From positions 1-64,000 of the IMG/VR virus record IMGVR_UViG_3300007345_000027: a stretch of 64,000 nucleotides of DNA. One strand, 5' to 3'. Within the stretch, counting starts at the first letter, position 1. Each line of letters starts with the position of its first letter. The notes beneath the pieces were generated by a model. It made no database searches. It was not told where the DNA came from and saw nothing but the letters and a program-made list of their open reading frames with translations. A program made the position numbers and the translations under genes. This DNA comes from a virus. Positions 11,247-20,923 of the stretch are shown one piece after another.

Positions 11247-12002
11247 ATGCCAATAAAAAGTTATAATTCTGGTAGAAGAACTGTAGCAAAGACGGACACT
11301 TCTAGTAAAATAGTAACAGGTCAGTCTGAATTGTCATACCATGCTGCCGAGAATTTATCCGTAAAAATACAAGACGCATATATTACATTTAAGTATTATA
11401 GGTGGGGTGATTACATGGGAACTACTAATTTTTATTGGCACGATATTTCTGCTGGTACTCTTACTCAATTGCCTGTATCATCAAATAATGGTACAACTTA
11501 TACCAGTGGTATGGGAAGTGAACAACACTCCGCTGATGGTCAGCCATGGCTTACTGGTACTATTAACATGTCATCTTATGAATCTAGTGGTTGGGGAAGA
11601 TTTCTTGTACGTCAACAGGCTTCTAGTGATGCTTCAAATTGGTTTCTTGGTGATTTCCAAATGGATCATATAGAAATTCATGCTGCTAATGGAGTTATTA
11701 ATAATTTAGATCCAGACTTGTATAGACAAAACAGTGCTCAATATTGGCAAAGATCTACAACTTATAGTACTGCTTGGACTACCTCTCACTCATGGACTGA
11801 TGTTGCATACCAAGAAAATACTGATAGCATGTGGTGTTATGATGCTGGTGGAACAGGTAGCACCAATACTGGAGCTACTGCTAATTCTGATGGATCTGCT
11901 ACTGAATATTATCTTTATTGTGAAGTTTCTGGTGCTGCTAGCAGATATTCTTATCTCCAAACAAAATATCAATATGACATGTTTACTGGTCAATCACAGT
12001 AA
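11247..12002 (+). CDS. MAM-like (ConA-type) domain protein, apparently circularly permuted
   Basis: FKYYRWGDYMGT, GDFQMDHI and TGSTNTG...YLYCEVS motifs; ATG at 11247 after AAGGAG preferred over the track start. Confidence 0.6.
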   Translation: MPIKSYNSGRRTVAKTDTSSKIVTGQSELSYHAAENLSVKIQDAYITFKYYRWGDYMGTTNFYWHDISAGTLTQLPVSSNNGTTYTSGMGSEQHSADGQPWLTGTINMSSYESSGWGRFLVRQQASSDASNWFLGDFQMDHIEIHAANGVINNLDPDLYRQNSAQYWQRSTTYSTAWTTSHSWTDVAYQENTDSMWCYDAGGTGSTNTGATANSDGSATEYYLYCEVSGAASRYSYLQTKYQYDMFTGQSQ

Positions 12003-12052
12003 TATGTGAAAGTATTATATGATATAATTATTTGAACAGGAAAATATAATAA

Positions 12053-12673
12053 ATGGCATATCAGAGTATTTGGTATATGACTAATCTGCCAGAAAAGGTT
12101 GTTGAAGTCATATGTGAAGATTTGAATAATAATTTTGGGAATCAAATGAATGATTCTCTTTTATCTGGTGATTCTTTAAATAAAGATAAGAGAGCATCAA
12201 AAAATTCTTGGATTCCAACAACGCATTGGGTTGGAGGATTTGTTTGGCATTATATTCAAAGAGCAAATAGGGAAAATTTTCTCTATGATATCCGTAATAT
12301 TGATGCAGAGAATATGCAATTTACTCAATATGATGTTGGTGAATTTTACACTTGGCATAATGATGCTGGAATATCATGCCATTACAAACCAATTTCTGTA
12401 GGAAATTATTCTGATGGTAGAGCACAAGATTTTGTAAATGAAAATCTAGAATTGGTTAGAAAACTTTCGTTTGTTGTTCAACTTTCAAATCCAGAAGATT
12501 ATGAGGGTGGAAATTTACAATTACTTGCTGAAGATGGAAAAAGTTATTTTGCTCCAAGGCAGAGGGGAACTATAGTAATTTTTGATTCTAGAACTCAGCA
12601 TAGAGTTTTGAAAGTTACTAAAGGACAAAGAAAATCATTAGTTGGTTGGGTTGTTGGACCTAGGTGGAAGTAA
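12053..12673 (+). CDS. 2OG-Fe(II) oxygenase (prolyl-4-hydroxylase-like)
   Basis: WHND (HxD), RKLS.VVQLS, YEGG, H.V..V..G.R.SLV.W motifs. Confidence 0.9.
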   Translation: MAYQSIWYMTNLPEKVVEVICEDLNNNFGNQMNDSLLSGDSLNKDKRASKNSWIPTTHWVGGFVWHYIQRANRENFLYDIRNIDAENMQFTQYDVGEFYTWHNDAGISCHYKPISVGNYSDGRAQDFVNENLELVRKLSFVVQLSNPEDYEGGNLQLLAEDGKSYFAPRQRGTIVIFDSRTQHRVLKVTKGQRKSLVGWVVGPRWK

Positions 12674-12676
12674 ATT

Positions 12677-13297
12677 ATGACTATTAGTAAAACAAATAAT
12701 AGTGTTTTTGATGAACAAGGATACTTAGTTGTTAAGGATTTATGGAATCCTGAAGAGTTGTACAGGAATGTTCCATCTAAAACTGGGCAAATACATTACT
12801 GGGGTAAAAAATTAAACGAGTTTACATATGCTGGTGAAGATATGCAAGTAAATGGAGCTACTTGCTGTTATAATCACCCACAATATAGAAATATACACAA
12901 CCAGATTAGATTGAAAATAGAAAAAATAATTGGTAAAAAACTTTATAATACTTATTATTTTGATAGATTTTATTTTTCAAATCAAAAATTAGAAAAACAT
13001 ATTGATAGACCATCATGTGAAATATCAGTATCAATACATGTATCTTCTAATTCAAAGAAACCTTGGCCAATATTTGTAAAAACACCAAATGGTGATGATG
13101 TTTCTGTGAATCTTTCTGCTGGAGATGCAATTCTATATAAGGGTTGTGAAATACTTCATTGGAGAGAAGAATTTGACAAGAAAAATTTTTCAATAACAAA
13201 AAATATTTTTAAAAAATATTATCATCAAATATTTTTTCATTATGTGTTGTCTGATGGACATAATGTACATTATGCTTTTGATAGTGCAGATAAATAG
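12677..13297 (+). CDS. 2OG-Fe(II) oxygenase-like protein
   Basis: HIDRPSCEISVS (HxD), GDA.LY.G, HWRE, Q.FFHY motifs. Confidence 0.8.
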   Translation: MTISKTNNSVFDEQGYLVVKDLWNPEELYRNVPSKTGQIHYWGKKLNEFTYAGEDMQVNGATCCYNHPQYRNIHNQIRLKIEKIIGKKLYNTYYFDRFYFSNQKLEKHIDRPSCEISVSIHVSSNSKKPWPIFVKTPNGDDVSVNLSAGDAILYKGCEILHWREEFDKKNFSITKNIFKKYYHQIFFHYVLSDGHNVHYAFDSADK

Positions 13298-13319
13298 ATC
13301 ATATTAACCCTACAATATT

Positions 13320-13679
13320 ATGCCCGATATAAGATTAACAGAGTTTTTAACTGGTACTAATTTTTCTGGAGCACAAGGTGTTCAGGGTCTTGCTAACCAA
13401 GGCACTCAAGGAACCATTGGTCTTCAAGGACTTCAAGGACTTCAGGGTCTCTTTGGTGCTGTTGGTGGTCAAGGTTCTCAAGGCACTCAAGGTGTTCAAG
13501 GTCTTGCTGGTGCTGGTGGTATTCAAGGAAACCAAGGTACTCAAGGTTTGCAGGGTCTTTCTGGTGAATATGCTGCTGTCGGTGCCCAGGGTGTTCAAGG
13601 TATTGCTGGTACTTCTGATGGTGGAGGTAGTGGCAGTGGTGGCAGTGGTGGTGTTATGATATCAATGATTTTTGGATGA
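13320..13679 (+). CDS. mini collagen-like protein
   Basis: 119 aa, mostly Gly-X-Gln, ends VMISMIFG. Confidence 0.75.
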   Translation: MPDIRLTEFLTGTNFSGAQGVQGLANQGTQGTIGLQGLQGLQGLFGAVGGQGSQGTQGVQGLAGAGGIQGNQGTQGLQGLSGEYAAVGAQGVQGIAGTSDGGGSGSGGSGGVMISMIFG

Positions 13680-13681
13680 TA

Positions 13682-13689
13682 TATAAATA
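13682..13689 (+). promoter_or_regulatory. T4-type late promoter TATAAATA
   Basis: Exact consensus ending 25 nt upstream of the ATG at 13715. Confidence 0.65.
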
Positions 13690-13714
13690 TTTGAACGCAT
13701 GAAAAAGATTTTAT

Positions 13715-14755
13715 ATGGCTGATCCAAATATTGCGAGTGCTTCGTCAATTCATGGAGGTTATGTTGCGGCATCTACAACAACAACGTTAACATCTCTCCT
13801 GTCTGTTACCGCTGATTCTAATAAGGTATATAAAATAGATACTATATACGCTTCATGTTCAAGTAGTAGTACTCTAGGTGGAGTAGATATTTGTATTAGT
13901 GATGGTGTTAATGATCGTTATATTGCAAAAAACGTACAAGTACCACCTGAAAGTACGCAAATTATTTTAAACAGGTCTAGATACTTCTATCTTCAAGAAG
14001 GAGAGAGTATAAAAGTTAGTGGTTATAACACTCATGTTATTGTCGTTTATGATGATATTTACACCGCACCTGGTGTTATTACTGATGGTTTAATATTTCA
14101 TGTCGATGCTGCTGATAGTGCTTCATACAGTGGAAGTGGCACTACTTGGACTGATATAAGTGGACAAGGCAACGATATGACATTAAATGGATCGCCTACA
14201 CATACGAGTGGATCTGGTGGTTATTTCCAATTTGATGGAACTAGTAGTGAATATGCAAATGTATCTCTTTCAGATTTCAACAGTGGTCATAATCCCATCT
14301 CAATCGAAGCGTGGGTGAATATTGATGATACTGATTCAGCTTATAGACATATTTTTGGGGCGCGTGATACTGGAAGTAATAACTTTGGTTTTTATATGTT
14401 ATTGCTTCTTGGTTCTAATGTATATAAAATGGAAGCTAGATTAGAAACAACAACTACTACTGATATTGTTTATAATCTTGGTTCGCACTGGAATTCTTGG
14501 CGTCAAATAGTGTTCACGTGGGATGCTGATGGTGATAATGCAATTAGACTTTATATAAATGGATCGCTTATATCGACTGGTTCGACAAATACTAATTCAT
14601 TTGGAACTGCAGCTGATTTTACGGTTGCTAAAACTAGTGGTGATGCCTTTCCTACTCAAATGAAGGGATCTAAATTTTTAGTATATACTAAAGCATTGTC
14701 TGCTAACGAAGTTCTAAATAATTATAATTACTATAAAGATGAATTTGGACTGTGA
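13715..14755 (+). CDS. adaptor-like N-domain fused to LamG/ConA-like lectin domain
   Basis: DA..SY.GSGTTW.D.SG.GN, FDG, SIEAWVN, LYING, Y.KALS..EV..NY motifs. Confidence 0.85.
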   Translation: MADPNIASASSIHGGYVAASTTTTLTSLLSVTADSNKVYKIDTIYASCSSSSTLGGVDICISDGVNDRYIAKNVQVPPESTQIILNRSRYFYLQEGESIKVSGYNTHVIVVYDDIYTAPGVITDGLIFHVDAADSASYSGSGTTWTDISGQGNDMTLNGSPTHTSGSGGYFQFDGTSSEYANVSLSDFNSGHNPISIEAWVNIDDTDSAYRHIFGARDTGSNNFGFYMLLLLGSNVYKMEARLETTTTTDIVYNLGSHWNSWRQIVFTWDADGDNAIRLYINGSLISTGSTNTNSFGTAADFTVAKTSGDAFPTQMKGSKFLVYTKALSANEVLNNYNYYKDEFGL

Positions 14756-14816
14756 TAATTATACATAGTAAGTAGTGGGTTATTAGTTTTAAATGAAGAT
14801 AGGAGTAAATCAGTAA

Positions 14817-15179
14817 ATGGCAAATCCAAGTTTAACAAAATCTGGACTCGTTATATTGGGTAAGCATGTTTCAGGATCTGTTACTACATCATTATCATCT
14901 ATTTTGACGAATAGTGCATCCTCAGATAAAGTATTTAAAATAAATTCAATTTACGCTGCAAATATTTCTACTGGAACGGATGCATGGATATCTGTTTCTA
15001 TAAACGATGGATCAAATGATCGTTATCTTGCATATAGAATATATGTTCCTACTTCATCTACACAAATTATTTTAGATAAAGATTCATATTTATATCTTTT
15101 AGAGGGGCATTCTATAAAAGTACAAGCAAGTAGTAGCTCAATTCTTGAAGTAACTATCGGATACGAGGAAATCTACTAA
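14817..15179 (+). CDS. small (120 aa) virion adaptor-like protein
   Basis: Clear paralogue of the 13715 N-terminus (KV.KI..IYA, DRY.A, STQIIL, YL.EG.SIKV). Confidence 0.7.
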   Translation: MANPSLTKSGLVILGKHVSGSVTTSLSSILTNSASSDKVFKINSIYAANISTGTDAWISVSINDGSNDRYLAYRIYVPTSSTQIILDKDSYLYLLEGHSIKVQASSSSILEVTIGYEEIY

Positions 15180-16942
15180 TGTCTATTAATAGTAGCAGTT
15201 TATTGACTGGAACGGTAAGGAAAGCCGCAATTCCTAGTGGTATGGTAAGTCAAAATGAATATCTTCGGAAAAAGGTTAGTGCAGATCTAGCATCTTCATC
15301 TCTTTCCGCAGTTACTGTGAATAGATATTTCAATCCAGTTGTTACTGGTCGAACAGCTTGGTATGATGTTCACGTTAGCCCCGATGGAACTAAAATGTTC
15401 TTGGCTACTAGTTCAGATTACATTAGACAATATTCATTATCAACACCTTTCGATCCAAGTTCAGCATCATATGTTCGTGAATGGTCTCATGTACAATATG
15501 AAGGTAATTCATATGGGTTTGATATTTCACCTGATGGTCAATATTTGATTCTGTGTGGACATGATAAAGATGGTATAATTTTATTTAATATGTCAACTCC
15601 GTGGGATTTATCAACAATATCTTACGGTGCCATTCCATATAAAAAATATGATAATTTAGCAACTGCAACTGGAGTATCAGATGCTTCTACATACTCATTT
15701 GAATTTAATAATGATGGAACTAAAGTTTATTTTGTTGCCCCGAATGATAGAGTAGCTCAACGTACTTTGTCTACTGCATACGATATAAGTACAGCAGGGG
15801 GTGTAACTTATTACACTATGTCAACAAGTCCACTGAATAGAACTGCTAGATCTATAAGATGGAAACCTGACGGCACAAAGTTTTGGATTTTGTGTGATGG
15901 ATATAATGATTTATTTGAATTCTCAGTTTCAACTGCATGGGATGTGTCATCAACTGTTACTGAGGGTAATAGTGTTGATCTTGGGACTTGGGAGACAGGT
16001 CCATATGATTTTCAGTTTTATAATAGTGGATCTAATCTATTAGTTCTTGGAATGACGGGAGATGTATTTGATAGATTTAGTTTAAGTACTGCTTATGATA
16101 TTAGTAGTACTTTAACTCATCTTGGAACAACAAGTGCAGTTGATTCAAATCCAACTGGATTTGATTTCAATTCTGATGGTACAGTAATTGCCTGGTGTGG
16201 TTATGGAATGGATGGAATTTATATTGGTGAATTATCAACACCTTATGATATTACTAGTATGGGCTCTAATTATGCTAAGTATGATCTGAATCATTACAGA
16301 CAAAGTTCTGGGAATAATTCTTACTATGCTTATACCATAGCGTGTGTTAGATGGCAATCTGATGATATTTTATGGGTTGGTGACCTTTATACAACTGGTG
16401 ACTATGATAGAATTTTTAGAATGAAATATGCTGGAAAAGAATCTACACATGTTGGTAATGAAAGATATGGATTAATAGCAGCATCTTTGTTTACAAATAA
16501 TCAGAGTGCTGATACTCCACTTGGTTGCCGTTATAGTTACGATGGAACAAAGTTGTGGGCTATTGATAATAATATTGCATATCAGTATACGGTTGATCCT
16601 CCGTGGTATGGACTAAGAACAATAGAAGGTGATACTACTTATAATTATGATGGTTCAAGCATTGCATTAGATGATAATGCTAATGTTGAAGGCAGTACAA
16701 ATGGTATTGCATGGTCTGAAGATGGACGATACTTATTTACGGCTGGACATAGCACTGATGAAATACAACAATATAAGACTAGTGTCCCCTGGAGATTAAC
16801 TGGAGTTAGTTTAACATTTATGCAATCTTTTAAGGTAACGCAACAAGAAACTACTCTCAGAGGAATTCACGTTCGTGGGAGAAATATATATTTCATAGGA
16901 TCTAGTTCAAATAAAGTTTATTGGTGCCCAATTCCATATTAA
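15179..16942 (+). CDS. beta-propeller repeat protein (putative receptor-binding head)
   Basis: Many repeats of F..DGTK......D...Q..LST.(W/Y)D.S. Confidence 0.75.
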   Translation: MSINSSSLLTGTVRKAAIPSGMVSQNEYLRKKVSADLASSSLSAVTVNRYFNPVVTGRTAWYDVHVSPDGTKMFLATSSDYIRQYSLSTPFDPSSASYVREWSHVQYEGNSYGFDISPDGQYLILCGHDKDGIILFNMSTPWDLSTISYGAIPYKKYDNLATATGVSDASTYSFEFNNDGTKVYFVAPNDRVAQRTLSTAYDISTAGGVTYYTMSTSPLNRTARSIRWKPDGTKFWILCDGYNDLFEFSVSTAWDVSSTVTEGNSVDLGTWETGPYDFQFYNSGSNLLVLGMTGDVFDRFSLSTAYDISSTLTHLGTTSAVDSNPTGFDFNSDGTVIAWCGYGMDGIYIGELSTPYDITSMGSNYAKYDLNHYRQSSGNNSYYAYTIACVRWQSDDILWVGDLYTTGDYDRIFRMKYAGKESTHVGNERYGLIAASLFTNNQSADTPLGCRYSYDGTKLWAIDNNIAYQYTVDPPWYGLRTIEGDTTYNYDGSSIALDDNANVEGSTNGIAWSEDGRYLFTAGHSTDEIQQYKTSVPWRLTGVSLTFMQSFKVTQQETTLRGIHVRGRNIYFIGSSSNKVYWCPIPY

Positions 16943-16998
16943 TGTGCTAGAATAGAGTTTATAACTCCAAAATAAATATCAACAGTTGATTTAATAAT

Positions 16999-17997
16999 AT
17001 GAGTGAAGAAAATTTTGTAAAGATTGCCTTAGAAAATGGTGGATCTATACACCCACTGATTATTCCTTCAGAAGATCTTAAAGGACCAGCACTAACTAAC
17101 CCATCAATTTATAATGATAATGGAAAAATCATTGTAAATCTTAGAAATATTAATTATACATTGTATCATTCTGAATTGAATAAGTATGAACATCATTGGG
17201 GACCATTAGTTTATATTCATCCAGAAAACGATTTACGTCTTCGCACTAAAAATATTATGTGTGAAATGACAGATGATATGTCTATTAAATATTATCATCA
17301 TATTGATACTTCAGATTTTCCTGATAAAGAATTATGGGAATTTGTTGGATTGGAAGATGCTCGGATTATGAGGTGGGATGGTAAACTTTATATTTGTGGT
17401 GTAAGAAGAGATACCACTTATAATGGTCAAGGACGCATGGAGTTGTCTGAGATTGAGTTTACTGAAAATGGTGTTAAAGAATTAAAACAATATAGAATTC
17501 CAGTTCCTGGTGACGATCAGGGTGACAAGACTTCTTATTGTGAAAAAAACTGGATGCCTGTCCTAGACATGCCGTTTCATTTTATTAAGTGGACTAATGG
17601 AACGGAAGTAGTTAAGTATAATATGGAAACAAATAAAACTGAAAGAGTTGCTCTCTCAGAATGGCAGGATTTGGGATGTATTGATTTGCGTGGTGGATCG
17701 CAAGTTTTAAAATTGGATGATCAAAGACGTTTCTGTTTGAATCATGAGACATTCCTATATCAAAGTCCTGCAGGAAGAAAGGATGGAACATACAGGCATA
17801 GATTTGTTGTATGGGATAAAGACTGGAAGATTACTAAAGTATCAAAAAGATTTTCTTTCTTAGGTGGTTCTATTGAATTTGCAGTTGGAATGTGTGAGTA
17901 CGGTGATGATTACTTGATGACATTTGGATTCCAGGATAATGCTGCATATTTGTTGAGAGTTCCCAAGCAAGTCGTTAAAAATTACATTTTTGAATAA
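16999..17997 (+). CDS. five-bladed beta-propeller glycosidase/glycosyltransferase-like protein (GH43/GH130/GT91-like fold)
   Basis: NPSI, GLEDAR, EKNWMP, LRGGS, IEFAVG, FG.QD motifs. Confidence 0.65.
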   Translation: MSEENFVKIALENGGSIHPLIIPSEDLKGPALTNPSIYNDNGKIIVNLRNINYTLYHSELNKYEHHWGPLVYIHPENDLRLRTKNIMCEMTDDMSIKYYHHIDTSDFPDKELWEFVGLEDARIMRWDGKLYICGVRRDTTYNGQGRMELSEIEFTENGVKELKQYRIPVPGDDQGDKTSYCEKNWMPVLDMPFHFIKWTNGTEVVKYNMETNKTERVALSEWQDLGCIDLRGGSQVLKLDDQRRFCLNHETFLYQSPAGRKDGTYRHRFVVWDKDWKITKVSKRFSFLGGSIEFAVGMCEYGDDYLMTFGFQDNAAYLLRVPKQVVKNYIFE

Positions 17998-18773
17998 TGA
18001 AAATCGCTATATGTATTTCTGGTGCTGTCAGGTATCCAGAATTTGCTGTTCGTAGTATTGAGAATATAACTAAAAATTATGAAGATCTAAAACTTTTTAT
18101 TCATACTTGGAAGATATATGATCGTGAAGATTTTACGACAACGATACAGGGTTTAGAGTTAAAGGAAAAACAAAACATTGTAGAAACTGATCTTGGTATT
18201 ATTGATCAAAATCAATACAAGTATGAGACTTTACTCATTGAAGATTATGAAAGTAAAAAACATCATTTTCAAAAAATATATGATTGTTTAGATACCAATC
18301 CCTTTATACCAGATACATGTATTAAACCAAGGCATGATATTGGTTACATAAGTATGTTGTACTCTATTTGGAAAAGTAATCAATTAAAAAAAGATTATGA
18401 GAATGAAAACAATATTGTTTTTGATAGAGTTATACGGATGAGATTTGATAGTGATTTTGAAGGTAAAGAATTGGATTTGAAAAAGTTACCAGATTGTATT
18501 AATATTCCAAAAGGTGAAGATTGGTGTGGTGGAGTTAATGATCAATTTGCATTAGGTACATCACAATTGATGGACATATATTCTGATTTATATAATAATC
18601 TCACTAATATGGGTACCATTGATTATCATCCAGAATCTATTCTTCGTGATTATTTGAACAGTATGCAAATAGAACTTAATAGATTTCCTTTCAATGTTAT
18701 TATCAATAACAAAAAAGATTTTAGGAGATACTGGTATGGTGAACATTATTCCGCAGAAACTCACGTTTACTAA
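17997..18773 (+). CDS. putative glycosyltransferase-like protein
   Basis: MKIAICISG..R, FIHTW, K..YE..N...FD.VIR.RFD, ND.FA.G, HPE motifs recalled from glycan-cluster proteins. Confidence 0.55.
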   Translation: MKIAICISGAVRYPEFAVRSIENITKNYEDLKLFIHTWKIYDREDFTTTIQGLELKEKQNIVETDLGIIDQNQYKYETLLIEDYESKKHHFQKIYDCLDTNPFIPDTCIKPRHDIGYISMLYSIWKSNQLKKDYENENNIVFDRVIRMRFDSDFEGKELDLKKLPDCINIPKGEDWCGGVNDQFALGTSQLMDIYSDLYNNLTNMGTIDYHPESILRDYLNSMQIELNRFPFNVIINNKKDFRRYWYGEHYSAETHVY

Positions 18774-19645
18774 TGAAAATTTTATACGTCTATAACTTTG
18801 CATACCCAGAATATCAGGCAGATACTGTTTATCATGGATTAATTGATAGTGGATTTGATGTATATGAGACTCATTATCCTTCTTATATGATTAAAAATAG
18901 TTCTGATCTATCTAAATTATATGGAAAAGGATTTACTATGTTTGGAAAACTTGATTATGTTCCAAACGTAGAATCTCCAGAAATAATAGTTGAAAAAATA
19001 CGTTCTAAGTTTTATGATATTATTATATACGGATGTGTATACACACATGAGTCATTTCCAAATAGGAGATGTTTAGATTATCTTGATATTGTTAGAAAAT
19101 ACTATTCTAAAGATAAAGTTCATTTTATTGATGGATCAGATAATTCTTGGAATTATTCTCACGCTTTTGGAATATTTCCTTATGGAATAATATGGAAGAG
19201 TCAATTAGAAAATATAGGAGCAGGAAATCCCATAAGTTTTGGTATACCTGAGTCACAACTAATTAAACATACTCCTAAAAAAGAAAAAGTATTTGCTGAC
19301 ATAATTCCTGGAAAAAAAGAAACGTATGTTTATACTACTGAAGAATCATATTATAGGGATTATGCAATATCTTATTATGGAATAACTTGGAAAAAAAGTC
19401 AATGGAATTGTATGAGGCATCTTGAAATACTTGCCAATAAGTGTGTACCATATTTTCCAGATATTGATGAATGTCCTGCATTTGTGATGTTAGATTATCC
19501 TAAAGAGATATTCAGAGAGGTTAATAAATATGCTAGAAAAGGAGAAATTCATCCAGAATATAATTCTTTAAATGAATATCTTTTTTCCCATCTAAAAAAC
19601 AATTTAACAACAAAACAAATTGTGAAAAAAATTATAAATTATTAA
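18773..19645 (+). CDS. putative glycosyltransferase (GT-B-like C-terminus)
   Basis: WNCMRHLEILANKCVPYF resembles a GT-B nucleotide-sugar binding segment; cluster context. Confidence 0.55.
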   Translation: MKILYVYNFAYPEYQADTVYHGLIDSGFDVYETHYPSYMIKNSSDLSKLYGKGFTMFGKLDYVPNVESPEIIVEKIRSKFYDIIIYGCVYTHESFPNRRCLDYLDIVRKYYSKDKVHFIDGSDNSWNYSHAFGIFPYGIIWKSQLENIGAGNPISFGIPESQLIKHTPKKEKVFADIIPGKKETYVYTTEESYYRDYAISYYGITWKKSQWNCMRHLEILANKCVPYFPDIDECPAFVMLDYPKEIFREVNKYARKGEIHPEYNSLNEYLFSHLKNNLTTKQIVKKIINY

Positions 19646-19649
19646 CTAA

Positions 19650-20282
19650 ATGAACATATTAATAACTCCAGGAAATACTGCAACACATTACTTATTACGA
19701 TGGTTGGGAAAAGGACCAACATTAGATGGATCAACTTATAGCGTTCATAGTAGATTTAAAAAAGAAGGATTGCCTATAGAATATTCTAATAATTATATAA
19801 AATATAAGAATGGACATAAAATTCATTATTTAATGTGTAATCCTTATGACTATATTTTAGCTTCCTTCCGCAGAGGATTTCCTAGTGAAACATGGGTTCA
19901 TTGGAGAGAATGGTGTTGTGGCGATCCAACTTATTTTAAGGTTGGTAATACAATAACCCTTAAAGAATACTTACTAAATCCTTATGATGCGGTTCAATAT
20001 AAATCTCACTTAACGGGTTATGTTGAAAATCCCAATAGTGAATATGAATTTTTATTCACCAAGTATGAGTCTTTGGGTGATATTAAAGTTCAAGAAGAGA
20101 TTAGAAATTATTGGGGAGTCCCTAAAAACCATCCTAAACTTAATTTTAAGGAAAGAAAAACAAGTTGGGAAAAAGAAACAGAAGAAATAAAACAATTGTT
20201 GGAACAAAAATTGGGAGAGGAATATAAATGGTTTACTAATCTTCCTGACTATTTTAAACTAAAACCTGGAGAAGTATTATGA
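19650..20282 (+). CDS. sulfotransferase-fold protein (putative)
   Basis: PGNTATHYL (5'-PSB-like), Y..CNPYD...S (3'-PB-like), KYESL. Confidence 0.45.
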   Translation: MNILITPGNTATHYLLRWLGKGPTLDGSTYSVHSRFKKEGLPIEYSNNYIKYKNGHKIHYLMCNPYDYILASFRRGFPSETWVHWREWCCGDPTYFKVGNTITLKEYLLNPYDAVQYKSHLTGYVENPNSEYEFLFTKYESLGDIKVQEEIRNYWGVPKNHPKLNFKERKTSWEKETEEIKQLLEQKLGEEYKWFTNLPDYFKLKPGEVL

Positions 20283-20923
20283 AATGGAAAAAAGATCTTG
20301 TTTGTGATATCAGAACTTTTACTGAATATGATGATTTAGATTATGAGCAAAATGATTTTTTTAAAAATTATGTAAGATCTGATAATTGTAAAGAAGTAAC
20401 TGAATGTAATAGATCAAATCTTTTAGAACAATTTTTAAAAGTAAAAGATCATGCTAAAGCAATTCTTGAGATTGGTATTGCTAGAAATGATGAAGAATCA
20501 TTTGTTCATGTATTAACTTCAAATAAAAGACATGAGACTATATACGTTGGTCTTGATCTTGAAGATAGGTCTTTTATAAGGGATCCAGATAATAACATTC
20601 ATACCATTCAGAACAATAGTTCATATATTGATGAAAATGTTGGTATGTTTGACCAGTTTTGGGGAATTAAAAAATTTGATTTCATTTTTATTGATGGATG
20701 GCATAGTATTAATCAAGTATTGACTGATTGGGAATATACTAAATTGTTAGCACCGAATGGAATAGTTGGTTTACATGACACAACGTGTCATCCAGGTCCA
20801 AATAAATTTATTAATAATTTGGACAAAACTAGATGGGATGTTATTGAAAATGCATGTCCTCAAGATTGGGGAATTGGATTTGCTAGAAAAAAGAGATACA
20901 ATAAGTTTATTGAGGTAAAGTGA
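20279..20923 (+). CDS. class I SAM-dependent methyltransferase (Methyltransf_24-like)
   Basis: ILEIGI, FDFIFIDGWHS, L..NG.V..HD motifs. Confidence 0.8.
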   Translation: MKWKKDLVCDIRTFTEYDDLDYEQNDFFKNYVRSDNCKEVTECNRSNLLEQFLKVKDHAKAILEIGIARNDEESFVHVLTSNKRHETIYVGLDLEDRSFIRDPDNNIHTIQNNSSYIDENVGMFDQFWGIKKFDFIFIDGWHSINQVLTDWEYTKLLAPNGIVGLHDTTCHPGPNKFINNLDKTRWDVIENACPQDWGIGFARKKRYNKFIEVK

